Assembly: GCA_963844035.1 (NCBI GenBank)
Contig: CAWJMT010000036.1
Span: 160,001 to 224,000, forward strand
DNA length: 64,000 nt
Direction: 5' to 3'
DNA from: an uncultured Gemmatimonadales bacterium
Lineage (GTDB): Bacteria; Gemmatimonadota; Gemmatimonadetes; Gemmatimonadales; GWC2-71-9
Under the pieces are notes generated by a model, which saw nothing but the letters and a program-made list of their open reading frames with translations, did no database searches and had not been told where the DNA came from. Shown in pieces: positions 10,015 through 20,056 of this stretch (position 1 is the first letter of the stretch; each line of letters opens with the position of its first letter). The position numbers were made by a program, and so were the translations under genes.

Positions 10015-11529
10015 CTATGGGGAGGTCCCCGGCGAGCGCGGCATCTGCAGCACGGCGGGCGGGAGTCGGCTGAGATCCGCGCCGCTTGCCAACACAAACA
10101 CGACCCGAGCGCTCACGCGCACCTGGTCCCAGCTGAACGCCGCGGCGTCGGGGCGCTTCCGATCCTCGTCGTACCGGCTGGCATCCAGCTCGACCCGCAC
10201 TCGAGACGACGACCGATACTGGGCATACACGCCATACGTGCGGACCGACGATTCGTCGAAGCGCAGCTCCAGGGGGCGATCCAGCATGCCGCCGTGGGCG
10301 GCGACCGTGAAGAAGTCGGCCGGCGCGTACGCAACGCCCGCTTCGAAGCCGCGCGACGATGCTCCCGGGCCGAATTCGGAGTGGTAGCCGCCTTGCACCG
10401 TCCACTTCGGGGGCAGGGTGTAGACGGCGTTCCAGGAGAACCGCCACCCGTCGCTCTCGACGTTCACCGTCGGCGTCGCGGCTTCGGCGTTCGCGAACGA
10501 GTAGCGCTCGCCGCTGGCGCGGAGCGCGAGATGGCGGATCGGCGTGACAGCAAGCGAAGCGTCGAACGCCGTGTAGGGCACCGGCGCGAATGCTCCCCAG
10601 ATGGTCCACAAGTCGAAGTGCGGGCGATAGCGCCGCACCGCGGCGGAGGCGTTGACGCGGCCGTTCGGTGCCGCGTACGCGAGCGTCCCTTCCGCGCTGC
10701 CCCACCACCCTTGCGCCATGTCGTATTCGGCCCCGCCCGAGAGGGTCACGCCGCGATAGGGTCGTACGCCAGCGTCGACGCCGATTCGTTCCGCCACGAA
10801 GTAGTGGACGCTTGGGTCCACCTCGCGCTCGTAGGTGAGCCTGACGTCCCCGTGAGACGTGGTCCAGCCGGCACCGCCGCCGGCGACGACCATCCGCTCC
10901 GGCGGGCGGTACTCGTCGAGCGGGTTCAGCGCCGGGCTGGTGACGGGAAGCACCGAGCCGCGCCACAGCCCCCAACCTCCGTAGCCCGTGACATCGAGGC
11001 CGAGGCGGCGGTCGCGCAGGGTGAGCCGGCCGCCGTCGAATCCGGTGAGCCCGAACCGTGTCGCCACCGTCTGTCGGCCCAGCTGGACGGTCATGCGCTC
11101 CACCGCGTATTGCGCGTAGCTCTCGAGCAGCTGCGCCGATGGCTCTGTCCCGGGCCAGGGATCGGCGCCGCCGAACGAGCCGGCGAGCCGTGCGATCGCG
11201 TGAATCGAGAGGCCCGGTAACCCGAGACCCCACACCGTCAGGTCTGCATTACCGGTCACCGGACGTGCGTCCTGCTGCAGCCCCGGCCGGAAGAAGCTGC
11301 AATAGGGGCTCCCCGCAACGCAGTCCACGGCGAAGCCGTCCGGCGTGGTCGGCCCGCCCGACAGCCCGGTCACGGTGTCGCCGACCGGGATGCTGTCCAG
11401 CTGGACGCCGCGGTAGGCCACGGCCTGCGCGCGGGTGTCGACGCGCAACCGGTAGCCCTGCGCCAGCCCGGACCGGGGGAGGGCGATCGCGAGAATCAGC
11501 AGCGGCGCCGCGATTCGGCGGGGGATCAC
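10015..11529 (-). CDS. Putative outer-membrane beta-barrel of a porin-cytochrome complex
   Basis: Signal peptide; alternating aromatic/Gly-rich strands (LLESYAQY, VTVQLGRQ-like, FDGGRLTL, LSGGAEYD, WTVQGGYH); flanked by multiheme genes; GTGA overlap with upstream gene. Confidence 0.75.
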   Translation of the reverse strand: MIPRRIAAPLLILAIALPRSGLAQGYRLRVDTRAQAVAYRGVQLDSIPVGDTVTGLSGGPTTPDGFAVDCVAGSPYCSFFRPGLQQDARPVTGNADLTVWGLGLPGLSIHAIARLAGSFGGADPWPGTEPSAQLLESYAQYAVERMTVQLGRQTVATRFGLTGFDGGRLTLRDRRLGLDVTGYGGWGLWRGSVLPVTSPALNPLDEYRPPERMVVAGGGAGWTTSHGDVRLTYEREVDPSVHYFVAERIGVDAGVRPYRGVTLSGGAEYDMAQGWWGSAEGTLAYAAPNGRVNASAAVRRYRPHFDLWTIWGAFAPVPYTAFDASLAVTPIRHLALRASGERYSFANAEAATPTVNVESDGWRFSWNAVYTLPPKWTVQGGYHSEFGPGASSRGFEAGVAYAPADFFTVAAHGGMLDRPLELRFDESSVRTYGVYAQYRSSSRVRVELDASRYDEDRKRPDAAAFSWDQVRVSARVVFVLASGADLSRLPPAVLQMPRSPGTSP

Positions 11530-13458
11530 GAGCCGCCATCCTCCCGCAGGTGAGTCTGGAATGCTTCGGGGCTGCTCCCGAAATGGCACAGCGTGCATTC
11601 CTTGTCCCGGTAATGCTCCTGCCGCGCTGCGTGACATGTGAGGCACAAGCCCCGGTCGGGAACGAGCCGCGCGACGATCGCGGCATCGTGGCATGCGTCG
11701 CAGGCGGTGTGCGCTTCCGCAGGGGGTGCATGCGCCGCACGCACGGCTGTGGATCCGCCGTCGTTGTGACACACGGCGCACGGTTTCCCCGCCGCGTGGT
11801 GGTTGTCATGACACGCGGCGCACGTCGCGACCGCCGGCTGCGGCTCGAGGGTGGCGGGCGTGGTGTGACAGGTCACGCACTTCAGGGTGCGGTGCCGGTC
11901 GTGCTCGAAACGGGCAGGGTGGAGCCGCGGCTCGCTGCCGGCTACGGCGACGCGCACGGCAACCGAGTCAGGCCGCGTCACTTCGCTCGCGGCGTGGCAC
12001 TTCGCACAGTCGCTCGTTTGCGGCGCCTGGTGGTGGCAGATCTGGCACCCCCGGGGGGCTTCGAACGTGAGGCGGTTGCGCGCGCTCTGCGACGCGTGGC
12101 AGGTGATGCACGAGAATTTCTTGTGGAGGCCGTGCGGGAAGCTGTCGGCGGCCGCCTCACCGCCGCGCGGGTCGCCCCCCGCCGGCGGACCCCCAAAAAA
12201 AGGTCCGTGCCCAGAGTCCTCATCCGGGCTCCCCCGGGATGCAAGGCGCAGCGGGGGTGATGTGGTGAGGTGCGACACCCGCCGCAACGCCGCCGCGGTA
12301 TCGAACGGCAGCGGGGGATTCATCCCCTTCCCGCCGCGGCGTTGCTTGACTTCGGCGTGGCAGCTGGCGCAGTCGCTCGGATCGACTTTGGCGTGATGGG
12401 GCTCGTGACACAGCGTGCAGTTCTCGCCCACCCTGCGGTGGTTCGTGCCGACGTGAAAGGCGTCGGACCGCCAGTCGGCATGGCATTTGGCCGAGGTGCA
12501 GGTGCGCGCCGCTTCGGCCGGGCTCGCCTGCGTATGGGGATTGTGGCAATCACCGCAGGTGCCCCGGTGCGGGTCGCGCGCCGGGTCGAACTCGGCGAGC
12601 ACAGCCTGCATCTCGTGACACGAAAGGCACTGCTTCATGCTGGGGACGAGCGTACCGCGCGCAGAGTCGCGCGTCGCAAGCAGGGGGACTTCCGCCGTGA
12701 AGCGATGGCACACGACACAGTGCAGATCCGTCTGATCTCGCATCTTGGCCAGCGTTGATCTCCATGCGCGCATGGCATCCGGACTGGGCGCATGTCGCGT
12801 TCACCGGAACGAAGCGATGGACCTCCATGCCGTGACACGTGACGCACTGCACGTTCTTGAGCGCGCTGGAATCGGACTCGAGGTGGGTGCGGTGACCGGC
12901 CGTGGAGGCGATGCGCTGCCACTTCTCCTTCGCGTTGCCCTGGACGTGGCAGCTGCTGCACACGCTCGTCGCCACCTTGGCGTGCGTGCCGATCTCGGTC
13001 GGCCGGTCGGCGACCCATAGATAGAGCTGCCGCATGCTGGCGAACATCGATTGCTGATGGCAGTTGTGGCACTCGAGCGAGTCGTGTTTGGAGCCGGCGA
13101 ACCGCTGAAACGGCGCGTTCATCACGTGGCAGCCGGTGCAGAAGCCGTTGTTGTGATTCACGTAGTGCATGCTTACAGCGCCGCCGCCGGCAGCCGCGAG
13201 CACCACGACGCCCGCGCCTGCGGCGAGCCCGAGTTTGGTGCTGCGTGGCAGCGAGACGAGCCACAGGTAGATGGCGACGCGGGAGCGCCACAGCAGCGCC
13301 AGGACCGCCAGCGCGACCAGCACCCCGACGATGAATCCCGCGATTTGGAACCACTGAGGAAGATTGAAGAAGAACCGCAGCACGGCGGCGACGCCGCCGG
13401 GCAGCGGCGGCTGCCCGACGGCCACCTGCTGGGGTGTCACGCCTGACCCCTCTCCCAT
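11526..13458 (-). CDS. Membrane-anchored NapC/NirT-like multiheme cytochrome c, about 20 hemes, frameshift near 12750
   Basis: Two N-terminal hydrophobic helices, NGFCTGCHVM NapC-like first heme; 18 CxxCH plus 2 CxxxxCH across ORFs 12550..13458 and 11526..12773. Confidence 0.85.
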
Positions 13459-13485
13459 GGGAGGGGGCGCTCGAGCGACGGCAAA

Positions 13486-15081
13486 CTATCGGACGCTCAC
13501 CTTGAGCCCCGGCGGCGGCGTCGCACGGATTCGCAAGTCAAAGTTCGCCGGCGGCGTGAGGCCGTACGTCGTATGGATCGCCGCGATCGACGAGGTGAGC
13601 AGCGCCTCGAGCAGGAATGGATTGTGCACTCCGTTTCCCGACGCCGCGTGGGCGGTGAAGCCGTTGCCCAGCACCCGGCCGTTCAGGAAGTACGCGCGGT
13701 CGTCCGTCGCCGCGAGCGCGGCGTTGTACAGTGTGCCCTTGGCGACCGTCGTGGTCGTGCTGCGGAAGTTGATCGGGGCCGAATCCGCGGCCGTTGCTCC
13801 CGGCCGCATGGCCCGCGCGACGAGCTGCGGCACCAAGCCGCCGTCGGTTGAATCGATGATGGCGTTGGCGTTCAAGTCGGTCCAGATCTGATCGAGCTGG
13901 TTGTTCAGCGTGCCGATTTCGGACGTGTATGCCGACATCGCGGTCTGCGTGGACGAGTGGCATCCGGAACTGACGCAGCCGGAGAAATCGCGTTGCGCGG
14001 TTGCGCAGGTCCCGGGCACCGGTATGCCGTTCGCATCCTTGCAGGGGATCGCGTCGAACAGGTGACCGACGCTCTGGAACTGGAAGGCACCGGTGGCCGC
14101 GTCGGTGATCGTCGTCCGGACCACGTGGCAGGTCGCGCACAGCCGCTGGTTCTGGCCGGTGCCGTGGCTGCTCACGATGTTGTTCGTGTCGTAGGTGAAG
14201 CCCGGCGGAATCCAGCCCGCGTTCTGTCCGATCACCAGGAAGCCCTGCGCGCCGTGCGGTCCGCGCGCCGAGGAGGTCGCGCTCGCGGCGCTCCAGGGCG
14301 GGGTCGCGCTACGAGCATGGCACTTGATGCAGAGATTGTCGGTCGTCGGCGTGGAAACCGATGCCCGCAGCTGGTGCTCGTACGGCGACCCGTGCGGGTC
14401 GTGGCACACGGAGCACACGATGCGCTGATGGGTCGTGTCGCTCTTCTCGAGCGTAGTTGGCCTCGGTGTCCCCAAACCGTATCGCGATCGCGGCCTTCCC
14501 TTCGTGGCAGGGCGCGCAGGACGCGTTCGCGGCCGGCAGACGCGAATCCGGGGCCGGACCCGTGGGCGGACTGGACCCACTGATCCACGAACGGCTCGTG
14601 CGTTCCCGTGTGGCAGCCGCCGCATCCGTTCGCCAGCGCGGTATCGACGTGGATCGATGCCAGCGGCTGGTTCGTGGTGATGTCGGGGTTCTCCGCGTGA
14701 GTGAGCCCCGGCCCGTGGCAGCTCTCGCACTGCACATCGTGGTAGGCTGAATCGGGCACCACCGTGTAGCCGGCGGGCTTGCCGACGCGTGTTGCCCAGC
14801 TGCGAGACGGTGTGGCAGGCGTTGCAGGATGAATTCGCATGGCCGGAGGCCTGCAGGTCCATCCAGGCACTAGCGTGCTTCGTCGCGCCCCACGACGCCT
14901 GCACGCCGGAGTGGCAGTTGCCGCACGTCGTCTGCTTGGTGCTCACCGTGAAATAGCCGAGAAAGCCGGCCGCCGCGTCAGGCGGCGGATTGAACGGCGG
15001 CCTTTCGACGTAGGTGATCGTCTCCTCGGTACACGCGCCAAGCGCCAGCACCGCGAGGATCACTGCGGGACGCAGCCTCAT
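13486..15081 (-). CDS. Multiheme cytochrome c lipoprotein, about 9 hemes, compensating frameshifts at about 14450-14790
   Basis: Lipobox LALGAC; CGNCH, CNACH, CSVCH, CIKCH, CATCH, CVSSGCH in frame; CESCH, CGGCH, CAPCH in alternative frames. Confidence 0.85.
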   Translation of the reverse strand: MRLRPAVILAVLALGACTEETITYVERPPFNPPPDAAAGFLGYFTVSTKQTTCGNCHSGVQASWGATKHASAWMDLQASGHANSSCNACHTVSQLGNTRRQARRLHGGARFSLPRCAVRELPRAGAHSRGEPRHHHEPAAGIDPRRYRAGERMRRLPHGNARAVRGSVGPVRPRVRPRIRVCRPRTRPARPATKGRPRSRYGLGTPRPTTLEKSDTTHQRIVCSVCHDPHGSPYEHQLRASVSTPTTDNLCIKCHARSATPPWSAASATSSARGPHGAQGFLVIGQNAGWIPPGFTYDTNNIVSSHGTGQNQRLCATCHVVRTTITDAATGAFQFQSVGHLFDAIPCKDANGIPVPGTCATAQRDFSGCVSSGCHSSTQTAMSAYTSEIGTLNNQLDQIWTDLNANAIIDSTDGGLVPQLVARAMRPGATAADSAPINFRSTTTTVAKGTLYNAALAATDDRAYFLNGRVLGNGFTAHAASGNGVHNPFLLEALLTSSIAAIHTTYGLTPPANFDLRIRATPPPGLKVSVR

Positions 15082-15143
15082 GGATGTTGCTTCCTTTCTA
15101 CTCTATGGGCGTGCTGACGGCACTCGGGCGTTGGGAGCGGGCC

Positions 15144-15810
15144 CTAGTCCCCGCTCTTTCGAGCCGGTCGCGTTGCAGCACCAGTGCTCTTGAGGTACAT
15201 CAGAACGTCCTGCCCCTCTGTTGGCGTGAGCGGCTTGACCTTCATCCGCTCCATGTTCCGCTCCATGCGAGCGAAGACGGTCGGCCAATCTTCCTTCGAA
15301 TGCTGACGCATGTCGGGCAACGCGTGGCAGCGGCTGCAGACCTGTGCGTACGTCTCGCGCCCTTTCCCCGCCGGAAGTACTGAGCCGCTGATCTTGAGGG
15401 CGTTGCCGGTGAGGTACTTCAGGATTTCGTACCGCTCCGCCGCGCTCGTTACCTTCACCCCTAACGACTCGGGAAGTTCATCCATGCGGATCCACATGCG
15501 TCGCGTCACGCCTGGCCAATCGGTCGCGCTGTGGGCCGTCGGGGCCGGCAACGCGTGGCACTGCGCGCAATACGTCGCGAGGACCTGTGCTCCCCGGGAG
15601 TTCGGGCTCCGGGAGGTCGCCCGGCTGAACGCCGGCCGGCGGCAGTGCGATGCTGGCGGCTGCCAAGAGCAGTTGATCGCTGTGACTGAGGGGCGGCGCG
15701 ACGGTCTGCGTCGCCTGCTCAGTGGTCGGGGCCCGCGGGGCCTGCTGGCATGCCGCCACGATGACTACCGTGAGACCCATCAACAGTGCTCCGGCCGGAA
15801 TCCGTCGCAT
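15144..15810 (-). CDS. Diheme cytochrome c lipoprotein, frameshift near 15600
   Basis: Lipobox VAAC; two repeats YCAQCHALP..HSATDW..RRM and VCSRCHALP..HSKEDW..ARM; SD GGAGGAG. Confidence 0.85.
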
Positions 15811-15999
15811 GAACTCCTCCGCTTCTTGGTTGGGTACCGGCGTGGGGAACGATCCCGTCCGGCGCGTGAAGGCTTTGGAAGGTCGGGTGAGGGTTCGGCA
15901 CGTGTCAACTCGCACCACTCGGTGCCTCTTGTGACGCCCTAGAATGCGACGAATCGGCGACCTTCGCCAGGGTCTCGGACCACGCCACGCGCGTGCGCA

Positions 16000-16626
16000 T
16001 CAGCGGCGCCGTAACAGGTGTTTCAACCGCAGCCGCTCCTCCCGCTCCCGCTCGTCGAGGACGCGCCGTACCCCCACCATGTCCGACCGCAGCTGGGGCG
16101 CGACGCGGCGTTCGAGGGTGTTGACCTGGCGTGATGTCTGCGACAGGGCTTCGCCCAGGCGGCGAATCAGCATTTCCCGCGGCGCCGCATCGAGCAGCAG
16201 CTCGATCAGACGCTCGAACTCAGTCGCCGCGCGTACGGCAGCCGGCCCGGTGGAGCCGGGGGCCGTGCCGCGCGCGCCGAGGGTGCGGGCGAGGGCCGGC
16301 CGGCGCACGATGGTCGAGACCGCGATTCCCCACACCGACCCCGGCTCCATCTCGAGCGGGATGTCGCGGGCCGGCCAGCCGAGCGGCCGCAACCCCGCCA
16401 GCCCATGACTCGCCAGCGCGCCCAGCAGGGCGGGATACGCCCGCTGTGTGGCCTGCTCGATCCCCGCGCGGGCGTCGGCGGCGGGACGGGCGAGCCGGAA
16501 CAGCTCGCTGACCAGCGCTTCGCGCTTGCGGCGCAGGAGATCGACTCCCTTCCCGACCTGCGCGAGGCGGCGCGCCGCCCGGATGAGGTTCATCCGGGTC
16601 GGAGCCATCCGGCCGGCGACGCTCAT
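16000..16626 (-). CDS. ntpD: V/A-type ATP synthase subunit D
   Basis: PTRMNLIR...GVDLLRRKREAL...TSRQVNTLE...LDEREREE. Confidence 0.93.
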   Translation of the reverse strand: MSVAGRMAPTRMNLIRAARRLAQVGKGVDLLRRKREALVSELFRLARPAADARAGIEQATQRAYPALLGALASHGLAGLRPLGWPARDIPLEMEPGSVWGIAVSTIVRRPALARTLGARGTAPGSTGPAAVRAATEFERLIELLLDAAPREMLIRRLGEALSQTSRQVNTLERRVAPQLRSDMVGVRRVLDEREREERLRLKHLLRRR

Positions 16627-18002
16627 GTCGCATTCTCCCGGCGCGCAGCCCAGGTCGCGTCGGAGAGCGGATCAGGTCTTCGCGCGGCAGGGTCTCCAAC
16701 AGGCGCCAGCCGATGTCGATGGTTTCCTGGATGCGGCGGCGGGCAGTGCCCTGTCGCCACGAACTCGGTTTCGAACCGGTCCGCGAACGCGAGCGCGCGG
16801 CGGTCGCCGGGTGACAGGCCGGCCTCCCCCACGATCGCCGCCATCGTGCGTGCGTCGCGTCCCTGGGTGTAGGCCGCGTACAGCTGATCGGCCCACTCGC
16901 GATGCTCCGGAAGGGTCTTTCCTTTTCCAATGCCGGCGTTCATGAGCCGGGAGAGCGACGGCAGCACGTCGAGCGGCGGGAACACCCCGCGGCGGTGCAG
17001 CTCGCGCGACAGCACGAGCTGTCCTTCGGTGATGTAGCCCGTGAGGTCCGGAATGGGATGGGTGATGTCGTCGTCGGGCATCGTGATGATCGGGATCTGC
17101 GTGACCGACCCAGGCCGGCCGGCCACGATCCCGGCGCGCTCGTAGATGCTCGCGAGGTCGGTGTACATGTAGCCCGGGTAGCCGCGGCGGCCGGGGATTT
17201 CTTCGCGCGCCGTGGCGATTTCGCGCAGCGCCTCGCAGTAGTGGGTCATGTCGGCGATCACGACGAGCACGTGCATCCCCGCATCGAAGGCGAGGAACTC
17301 GGCCTGGGCGAGCGCGACGCGCGGCGCGAGCAGCCGCTCGATCGTGGGATCGCGGGTCTCGTTCAGGTACAGCACGCTGCGCTCGCGCGCGCCGCTGCGC
17401 TCGAACCGCTCGAGGAAGGCGTCGGTCTCGCGCGCCGTGATGCCGATCCCGACGAAGATCACCGCGAACGGCTCGTCGTGCGGCGCGCGCGCCCCCTCCA
17501 CGATCTGCGCCGCCAGGTCGAGTCCCGGAAGCCCGGGACCGGAGAATACCGGAAGCTTCTGACCCCGCACCAGCGTGTTCATCCCGTCAATCGCTGAGAG
17601 ACCGGTCTCGATGAAGTCGGACGGACGTGCCCGGCGCGCGGGGTTGAGCGGCGCGGCCCAGATGGGACGGAGCGCCTCGCCCACGGGCGCCGGCAACCCG
17701 TCGGCGGGCGCGCCCATCCCGTTGAACACCCGGCCGAGGAGCTCGCGACCGACGACGACCGAACCCACATCGCCCGTGAGTGTGACCTCGACCCCCGCCG
17801 GTGCGAGGCCAACCGTGTCCTCGAGCACCTGAATCACGGAGATGTCGCGGCCGGCGTCGATCACTTGGCCGCGCCGGGCGGGCTGGCCGGGTGCCTGGAT
17901 CGACACCCATTCGCCCAACGCAACGGTCGGCGTGCGCCGGACGTACAGCAGCGGTCCGGTCGCGCGTTCCGCGCCGTGGTAGCGCCGGGCGATGGAGATC
18001 AT
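16623..18002 (-). CDS. ntpB: V/A-type ATP synthase subunit B, frameshifts near 3' end
   Basis: IDGMNTLVRGQKLPVFSG, DMTHYCEALRE, PGRRGYPGYMYTDL, DDITHPIPDLTGYITEGQ. Confidence 0.95.
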   Translation of the reverse strand: MISIARRYHGAERATGPLLYVRRTPTVALGEWVSIQAPGQPARRGQVIDAGRDISVIQVLEDTVGLAPAGVEVTLTGDVGSVVVGRELLGRVFNGMGAPADGLPAPVGEALRPIWAAPLNPARRARPSDFIETGLSAIDGMNTLVRGQKLPVFSGPGLPGLDLAAQIVEGARAPHDEPFAVIFVGIGITARETDAFLERFERSGARERSVLYLNETRDPTIERLLAPRVALAQAEFLAFDAGMHVLVVIADMTHYCEALREIATAREEIPGRRGYPGYMYTDLASIYERAGIVAGRPGSVTQIPIITMPDDDITHPIPDLTGYITEGQLVLSRELHRRGVFPPLDVLPSLSRLMNAGIGKGKTLPEHREWADQLYAAYTQGRDARTMAAIVGEAGLSPGDRRALAFADRFETEFVATGHCPPPHPGNHRHRLAPVGDPAARRPDPLSDATWAARRENAT

Positions 18003-19729
18003 GCCAGTGCCGCCACGGCCGCCGTCGCGGCCGCAATGCACGCCGGCAGCTCGGCCGGCCCGGCGCGCCGGACGCCAGCGAGCGCGCGACGCGCGGGTCC
18101 AAGATCAATGCGCTCGATCGGTGTTCCCGCGTCGAGCGCCCGGAGCCCTGCTCTGATAGAGCCCGTGCGCCAGGGCTGCGAGCTGGTAGGTCTTGTCGAG
18201 CGGGGAATGAGCGTCGTTGGGGTCGTAGGCGCTCTGGCCCAGCACCGTCTCGCGGACGACGCGCGCGGCGTCGAGCAGCAGCCGGTCGCGATCCTGGAGC
18301 GCCTCCGGTCCCACCAGGCCGGCGATTTCGCGCAGCTCCCGTTCCCGTTGCATCAGCTCGAGCGTCCCCCGCCGGATCTCCGGCCAATCGGCGCCCGCCG
18401 CGCTGGCGAACCACGGGGCCAGCGCGTCGGCGTGCAGGCTGTAGCTCGTCTCCCAGTCCACGGCGGGAAACTGGCGTTGATGCGCGAGCGCGGGATCGAG
18501 CGCCCAGAGGGCGCCCGCGACGCGCAGCGACGCCTGCGTGACGGGCTCGGAGAAATCGCCCCCGGGCGGTGAGATCGCGCTGATGAGGGTTACGGCGCCG
18601 GTACGCGCCGGTTGTCCCAGCGCTTCCACCCGACCGGCGCGCTCATAGAACTTTCCCAGTCGGTTGCCGAGATACGTGGGATAGCCCTCCTCGCCCGGCA
18701 TCTCCTGGAGCCGGGCACCGATCTCGCGCAGCGCCTCCGCCCAGCGTGACAGGCTGTCCGCCAGCACCGCCACCCGGTAGCCCATGTCGCGGTAGTACTC
18801 GGCGATCGTGATCCCCAGGTACACCGACGCCTCGCGCGCCGCCACGGGCATGTTGGACGTGTTCGCGATCAGCACCGTACGGTCCATGATCGACCGGCCC
18901 GTGCGAGGATCGAGGAGCTTGGGAAACTCCTCGAGCACTTCGGCCATCTCGTTGCCGCGCTCGCCGCACCCGATGTAGACCACCACGTCCGCGGCCCCGT
19001 ACTTGGCGAGCGATTGCTCGATGACCGTCTTGCCGGTCCCGAACCCGCCCGGCACGGCAACGCTGCCGCCCTCGGCCACCGGGAACAGAAAGTCGAACAC
19101 GCGTTGACCGGTGATGAACGGCTCGCGCGAGGGCAGCCGCCGCGCGGACGGGCGCGGCTGGCGCACCGGCCAGTGGTGCCCGAGTGCGAGCGTCGTCCCG
19201 CTTTCGAGCCGGCCCACCTCGTCGGCGACGCTGAATTCGCCCGCGTGAAGCTCGGCGACGGTGCCCTCGACACCCGGGGGCACGAGGATGCGGTGCAGCA
19301 ACCCCGGTCGTTCCTCAACGGTGCCCAGCACGTCGCCGCCCGCGACGTGAGCGCCGGGCTGCACCAGGGGAGCGAATGTCCACCGTCGTGCCGCGTCGAG
19401 CGTGGCCGCTGCGACCCCCGGCTGAATGAAGTCGCCGCCGGTCTCCGCGACACGGCCGAGAGGCCGTCCCACGCCGTCCAGCACGCTGCCGAGCAATCCG
19501 GGACCGAGATGCACGGTCAGGGGCCGGCCACTCGCCGCGACCGGCTCGCCCACCTGGAGGCCGGTCGTGTCTTCGTAGACCTGCACGGTGGCGAGGTCGC
19601 CCGCCACGCGCACCACCTCGCCGAGCAGCCCGCGTGACCCGACGCGCACCAGCTCGTACAGGGCTGCGTTGCGGAGCGGCGCGACCTCGGCGAGCGAGCC
19701 GCTGATCCGGACGATGCGGGGTCGCTCAC
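17999..19729 (-). CDS. ntpA: V/A-type ATP synthase subunit A, frameshifts near both ends
   Basis: P-loop GGFGTGKT, GCGERGNEM, ANTSNMPVAAREAS, SRWAEALRE, SPPGGDFSEPVTQ. Confidence 0.95.
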
Positions 19730-20056
19730 CTGAGCCTCACGCGGTAGCCGATCACCTGGCGCAGCAGCTCGACGATGTAGGCTTCGGCGGCGGCGGGGCG
19801 CTCGACCCAGGCGGGACCGGGGAAGGGGATGAGCAGCGGCAGCGACCGGCGTCCCACCTGGCGGCGCAGGTCCTCCGGGAGCGCGTCGTAGAAGAGGTCT
19901 TCCACGAGCGCGACCCCGACGTCGGGTTGTGCCAGGAGCTCCTGCACCGCCGCGATGCCCGGCTGCGGGCGCCGCTGCTTCGATGGGCTGGAGGCCCGCG
20001 AGCGCGAAGCCCGCGGCGACTTCCGGCCGGCACACGACACGGAGCGCGTAGTCCAT
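19726..20056 (-). CDS. ntpF: V/A-type ATP synthase subunit F, frameshifted
   Basis: EVAAGFALAG, then DVGVALVED...PLLIPFP...LLRQVIGY; lies between C and A. Confidence 0.85.

Noticed and set aside
15912..15926. GGCACCGAGTGGTGC, resembling the Cas9 tracrRNA 3' hairpin
   Set aside because: Only 15 nt, with no cas genes, array or anti-repeat; chance similarity.
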